Below are positions 59,880-64,000 of a stretch of 64,000 bases of DNA, piece by piece (position 1 is the first letter of the stretch; every line of letters begins with the position of its first letter). Under the pieces are notes generated by a model. It had not been told where the DNA came from, searched no databases, and was given only the letters and a program-made list of their open reading frames with translations. The stretch spans positions 32,001-96,000 of the forward strand of contig OZ257142.1 in assembly GCA_965279035.1 (NCBI GenBank). The letters run 5' to 3'. The position numbers and the translations under genes were made by a program. Source of the DNA: Bacteroidia bacterium (GTDB lineage Bacteria; Bacteroidota; Bacteroidia; M30B66).

Positions 59880-62282
59880 TTACTTTCCTCGAACGACTTT
59901 TTTTCTACACGAATCAATTTGCAAAACATACACTCCTGCCGCGAAAGCACTAAAATCGATTATTTGAGTTGATGTATTTCCTAATTGTGAACGAATTAAT
60001 GCTCCATTGGAAGCAAAAACTTGAATCAAGTATTCTGATACAGGATACTTAAAACTAACGAAATCGGTTGTTGGATTAGGAGAGATAATTAAATCGTCAC
60101 AAGTAAAAACTGAGGGTTTATATGTCTTACAATTTGTTGTATCCCGACAACCATTTAAGGTAATAATTGCAGCAAATTGACCTTCTCCAGATGGGAAATA
60201 AGAGGCAGAATCGGCACTTAATATTGGAGCATTATTACTGCAATTTATCCATTGAATAGTTTCAAAAGATCCAAATGCAAAAATTGATGAATCAGCTGTT
60301 AATACTGTGGCTGATGGTGCTTCAAAATTGACATTTATGGTAAGTAAACTATCACATCCTTTTGAATTTGTTAATGTTTGAATGTACTCGCCACCTTCAT
60401 TGTATGTAATAGAATTAATCGTTACAGGAATACACGTATTAACATCAACGGTAGCAGAACTTGAGTTAATTCTTGTGAAATTAATGGTAAGTAAACTGTC
60501 GCAACCAACCGAACTAATAAGTGATTGATTGTAAAGTCCGCTTGAATTGAAGGTTTGGTTGTTTATAACAAGAGGATCGCAGCTTTGAATGATTAATTCT
60601 GCAGAAACAGCTTGACTTAACTGGAGATCAAGCCGGGAAACGCTATCACAACCGAATTCTGTTTGGAAGAATTCAAAATAACTACCTGATTCGGAGTATT
60701 CCTGTCCATTCCATACATAGCTGGAATCACAGTGGGTAACTGTTTCCTTTTCGATCACAAGAGGACAGTTTCCATATTTTGCCATATAACCACATGTACT
60801 TCCAGTACCATTGCTGAATATGGTATAATCAGGTGAAGCAGGACTAAAGTTTGCTTCACTTGGGGTATATCCAACGCAGTAAATAGTGTTGTTATCAGAA
60901 GAAATTGTAATTCCACTGAAATATGCTGGTGAGCCGGGACTATTGACAATTTGTTTCACCCAGCGATGGCCACCTTGCGCATCTAATGACCATAAATAAG
61001 ATGTAAAAGTTGGAAATGCAGAAATTGAATCGATTGCTGCACCAGGATTGAAATCGCATGAACCAGACAAACCTGAAATGTATATATTATTCGATTGATC
61101 TGATTCCAGATTCCAAGACCCATTCACGAATCCAAAGGTATTGGTTGGAACATGGGCAACCCATATAAAATCGCCATTAGAATTATTTTTCGAAACAAAG
61201 TGATTGACCGAAACATTCGGTGTATTACAAGTAATGGTATAGAAAGAAGCTTCATTCATATCTACATCCAAACTGCCATCGAACTGCCCAGCAATTAATA
61301 AATCATCCGAATCATCAACTTGGATTGAATTCACAATATAACCTGTTTGAGAATCTAATTTTTTAGCCCAAATCAAGTTGCCACTTGAATTCAACTTAAC
61401 TATAACCGCGAAATAGCTTGCGTTTGTAGCTGTTTTCACAAGATCATAAATCGAACTGCCCGGATCAGCATCTATGGATTGACCAGAAGAACAAATGGAC
61501 GCATATAAATTTCCGTTACTATCATAACTCACATCGGTGCAAAAATCCTCTTCAGGTGTTCCGAAAACATGAAATGAGAGCAGATTGCCCGTTGAAGAAA
61601 ATTCAGCAACAAATCCATCATTTGCTCCTTGAGTCACATATGTTGAATCAGTTAAAATAAATGAATTCAAAAAGGATCCGCAGATTGCGACATTCCCATT
61701 TGGACTGATTGAAGTGTTATAAATTGTTCTTACGCCTAATCCATCCAATTGTCTAACCCAAACAGGTATTCCAGAAGTGTCGTATTTTGCTAATAAAATG
61801 CTGCTATTCCCTATACCTGAAAGGGTTGAGATGCTTGAATCTTGAAAATTGCTACCATGAAAAGTTGCCGTTGAACCAAACACATCGGAAACATATAAAT
61901 GACCTGAGCCATCGTATTCGATTTCTCCTCCAGAACTAAATATCGTTGAACCATTAGGCCCTAAATAGGAAATATTATTGGCCCAAATTAAATTACCGAT
62001 GGAGTTTGTTTTAGTTAAGATAAGGTCAGTCTGTCCAGGATAAAGAAAACTAACATTTACTGGGTTGAAAAAGCAATCATAATTAAAGTTTGACGAACCT
62101 AATCCAGTTGAATACAAATTGTTGTTTTCATCGCTTTTGCAACTATTTACTAATTGGATATTATTTCCTGTAATTTCATTAACCCACTGGCATTCGGGCG
62201 CCTGTGCTATTGCCAATTTGAACGTCATCAACAGACTTGCAAATAACAAATATAGGGTTTTGAAGTTTCTGCACATATTCAT
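59880..62282 (-). CDS. T9SS type-A secreted SBBP-like beta-propeller protein with three GCDS Ig-like repeats
   Basis: Signal peptide, K.dssG..iW blade repeats, GCDS x3 and ISPNPT CTD. Confidence 0.8.
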   Translation of the reverse strand: MNMCRNFKTLYLLFASLLMTFKLAIAQAPECQWVNEITGNNIQLVNSCKSDENNNLYSTGLGSSNFNYDCFFNPVNVSFLYPGQTDLILTKTNSIGNLIWANNISYLGPNGSTIFSSGGEIEYDGSGHLYVSDVFGSTATFHGSNFQDSSISTLSGIGNSSILLAKYDTSGIPVWVRQLDGLGVRTIYNTSISPNGNVAICGSFLNSFILTDSTYVTQGANDGFVAEFSSTGNLLSFHVFGTPEEDFCTDVSYDSNGNLYASICSSGQSIDADPGSSIYDLVKTATNASYFAVIVKLNSSGNLIWAKKLDSQTGYIVNSIQVDDSDDLLIAGQFDGSLDVDMNEASFYTITCNTPNVSVNHFVSKNNSNGDFIWVAHVPTNTFGFVNGSWNLESDQSNNIYISGLSGSCDFNPGAAIDSISAFPTFTSYLWSLDAQGGHRWVKQIVNSPGSPAYFSGITISSDNNTIYCVGYTPSEANFSPASPDYTIFSNGTGSTCGYMAKYGNCPLVIEKETVTHCDSSYVWNGQEYSESGSYFEFFQTEFGCDSVSRLDLQLSQAVSAELIIQSCDPLVINNQTFNSSGLYNQSLISSVGCDSLLTINFTRINSSSATVDVNTCIPVTINSITYNEGGEYIQTLTNSKGCDSLLTINVNFEAPSATVLTADSSIFAFGSFETIQWINCSNNAPILSADSASYFPSGEGQFAAIITLNGCRDTTNCKTYKPSVFTCDDLIISPNPTTDFVSFKYPVSEYLIQVFASNGALIRSQLGNTSTQIIDFSAFAAGVYVLQIDSCRKKVVRGK

Positions 62283-62429
62283 GCACTCAATATAGATATT
62301 AATCTGAATTAAAGTATCGAATTAGTTCAAGTTCTTCTATTATACTACAAGTGAAGTCAATTCAATTTATGCATTTTTTGACACTTGATTAATGTTGAAC
62401 AATCTTGACAACCAACTTCATACAATGAA

Positions 62430-62473
62430 AAGCAGACTCTTGAATGATGTTTAAATCAATCAAGAATCTGCTT
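62430..62473 (-). terminator. Stem-loop downstream of fumC
   Basis: AAGCAGACTCTTGA...TCAAGAATCTGCTT imperfect inverted repeat, with an A run on its left. Confidence 0.45.
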
Positions 62474-62582
62474 AATGGGTATAAAACGTTTTGCTTTAAT
62501 TACTCGAAGCTGTTCGTTTGTTATTACACAAACAACCTGAGTTTTTTTGCTTAAGTTAAATATCAAGTTTAAAATATCCGGT

Positions 62583-63968
62583 TTACACCATTTTCTTAGG
62601 ATCAACCCAAGCAGTGAATTGCTCATCGGTAAGCAATCCTAATTCAATGGAAACTTGACGTAACGTTTTACCTTGTTTATGAGCCGTTTTCGCAATCTTA
62701 GCCGCGTTTTCGTAGCCAATATGCGTGTTTAAAGCAGTCACCAACATGAGAGAATTCTCTAAATGTTGTTGGATTTGCGGAAGGTTTGGTTCAATTCCCA
62801 CAGCACATTTATCGTTAAACGAAACACATGCATCACCAAGCAAACGAGCACTTTGCAAAACGTTTGCAGCGATGAGTGGTTTGAATACATTCAATTCGAA
62901 GTGGCCAGTAGCTCCACCTATAGAAGTAGCTACATCATTGCCCATCACCTGAGCACAAACCATAGTAAGCGCTTCGGGTTGTGTTGGGTTTACTTTCCCT
63001 GGCATGATAGAAGATCCTGGCTCGTTGTCAGGAATGATGATTTCACCAATTCCCGAACGCGGACCAGAGCTGAGCATACGCACATCATTCGCTACTTTCA
63101 TCAAGGCAACAGCAGCACGTTTCAAAGCACCTGACAATTCCACCATCGCATCGTGAGCAGCCAATGCTTCGAATTTGTTAGGCGCCGTAACGAAAGGATA
63201 ACCGGTAGATTCAGCGATTTTCTGTGCTACCAACACATCGTATCCTTTTGGAGTATTCAAGCCTGTTCCTACAGCCGTTCCACCTAAAGCCAATTCCTTC
63301 ACCATTTCCAATGCATTCTTAACGGCACGGATTGAATTAGTCAACTGTTGCGCATAACCGCTAAATTCTTGTCCTAAGGTCAATGGTGTAGCATCCATGA
63401 AATGCGTACGTCCAGTTTTTACAATGTCTTTGAAATCATCAGATTTCTTCACCAAAGTATTACGTAGTTTTTCCATCCCCGGAATAGTCACCTCAACCGC
63501 TTGTGTATAAGCTGCAATGTGCATGGCAGTAGGGAAAGTATCGTTACTCGACTGACTTTTATTCACATCGTCGTTCGGGTGAAGTACTTTTTGATCGTCG
63601 GTCAATTGTCCTCCACTTAACACATGTGCGCGGTAAGCAATCACCTCATTCACATTCATGTTACTTTGCGTTCCCGAACCAGTTTGCCAGATAACCAATG
63701 GAAACTGATCATCGAGTTTATGCGCAAGAATCTCATCGCATACTTTTCCGATAAGGTCACATTTATCCGCGCTTAACACACCTAAATCGCGGTTTGCTTG
63801 GGCTGCGGCTTTTTTCAGATGGGCAAAAGCATAAATAATTTCCTTCGGCATACTTGCTTCAGGACCAATTTTGAAATTGTTGCGAGAACGCTCTGTTTGT
63901 GCGCCCCAGTATTTATCAGCAGGAACCTGAACGGCTCCCATCGTGTCGTGTTCGGTACGAAATGACAT
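62583..63968 (-). CDS. fumC: Class II fumarate hydratase
   Basis: [25 protein letters not shown] and [11 protein letters not shown] motifs. Confidence 0.97.
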   Translation of the reverse strand: MSFRTEHDTMGAVQVPADKYWGAQTERSRNNFKIGPEASMPKEIIYAFAHLKKAAAQANRDLGVLSADKCDLIGKVCDEILAHKLDDQFPLVIWQTGSGTQSNMNVNEVIAYRAHVLSGGQLTDDQKVLHPNDDVNKSQSSNDTFPTAMHIAAYTQAVEVTIPGMEKLRNTLVKKSDDFKDIVKTGRTHFMDATPLTLGQEFSGYAQQLTNSIRAVKNALEMVKELALGGTAVGTGLNTPKGYDVLVAQKIAESTGYPFVTAPNKFEALAAHDAMVELSGALKRAAVALMKVANDVRMLSSGPRSGIGEIIIPDNEPGSSIMPGKVNPTQPEALTMVCAQVMGNDVATSIGGATGHFELNVFKPLIAANVLQSARLLGDACVSFNDKCAVGIEPNLPQIQQHLENSLMLVTALNTHIGYENAAKIAKTAHKQGKTLRQVSIELGLLTDEQFTAWVDPKKMV

Positions 63969-64000
63969 GGTGTTTGAATTAGGATGGTTAAAGCTGTTTC

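Noticed and set aside
1-64000. tRNA, rRNA, IS transposase or prophage genes
   Set aside because: None recognisable by eye; tRNAscan-SE and Rfam scans would be needed to exclude small RNAs.

Overview
Bacteroidota chromosomal window, judged from many T9SS type-A C-terminal domains, TAnnTTTG-type -7 promoter boxes and an atp operon lacking atpDC. Housekeeping genes include a DEAD-box helicase, bcp, lipB, pgi/pmi, atpBEFHAG, truB-uppP-DUF3098-ftsX, leuS and fumC. Two things stand out. (1) A ~16 kb T9SS locus (7711-23924, minus strand): a ~2100-aa metzincin/beta-helix protein and its coupled beta-propeller-like partner are followed by four ~1.95-kb 'orphan' cassettes. Each cassette is a signal-peptide-less copy of the giant protein's C-terminus plus a different partner allele. 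Three cassettes start at the same GCCGATTATA breakpoint and show recombination footprints. This resembles a polymorphic-toxin cassette array but is built on T9SS cargo. (2) LeuRS carries an in-frame ~214-codon insertion: a DUF559 (Vsr-like) endonuclease bounded by GC-rich palindromic inverted repeats. A solo copy of the same repeat lies 4 kb away. Several other structured intergenic repeats sit at the edges of accessory islets. All family assignments come from motif recognition by eye; no searches were run.
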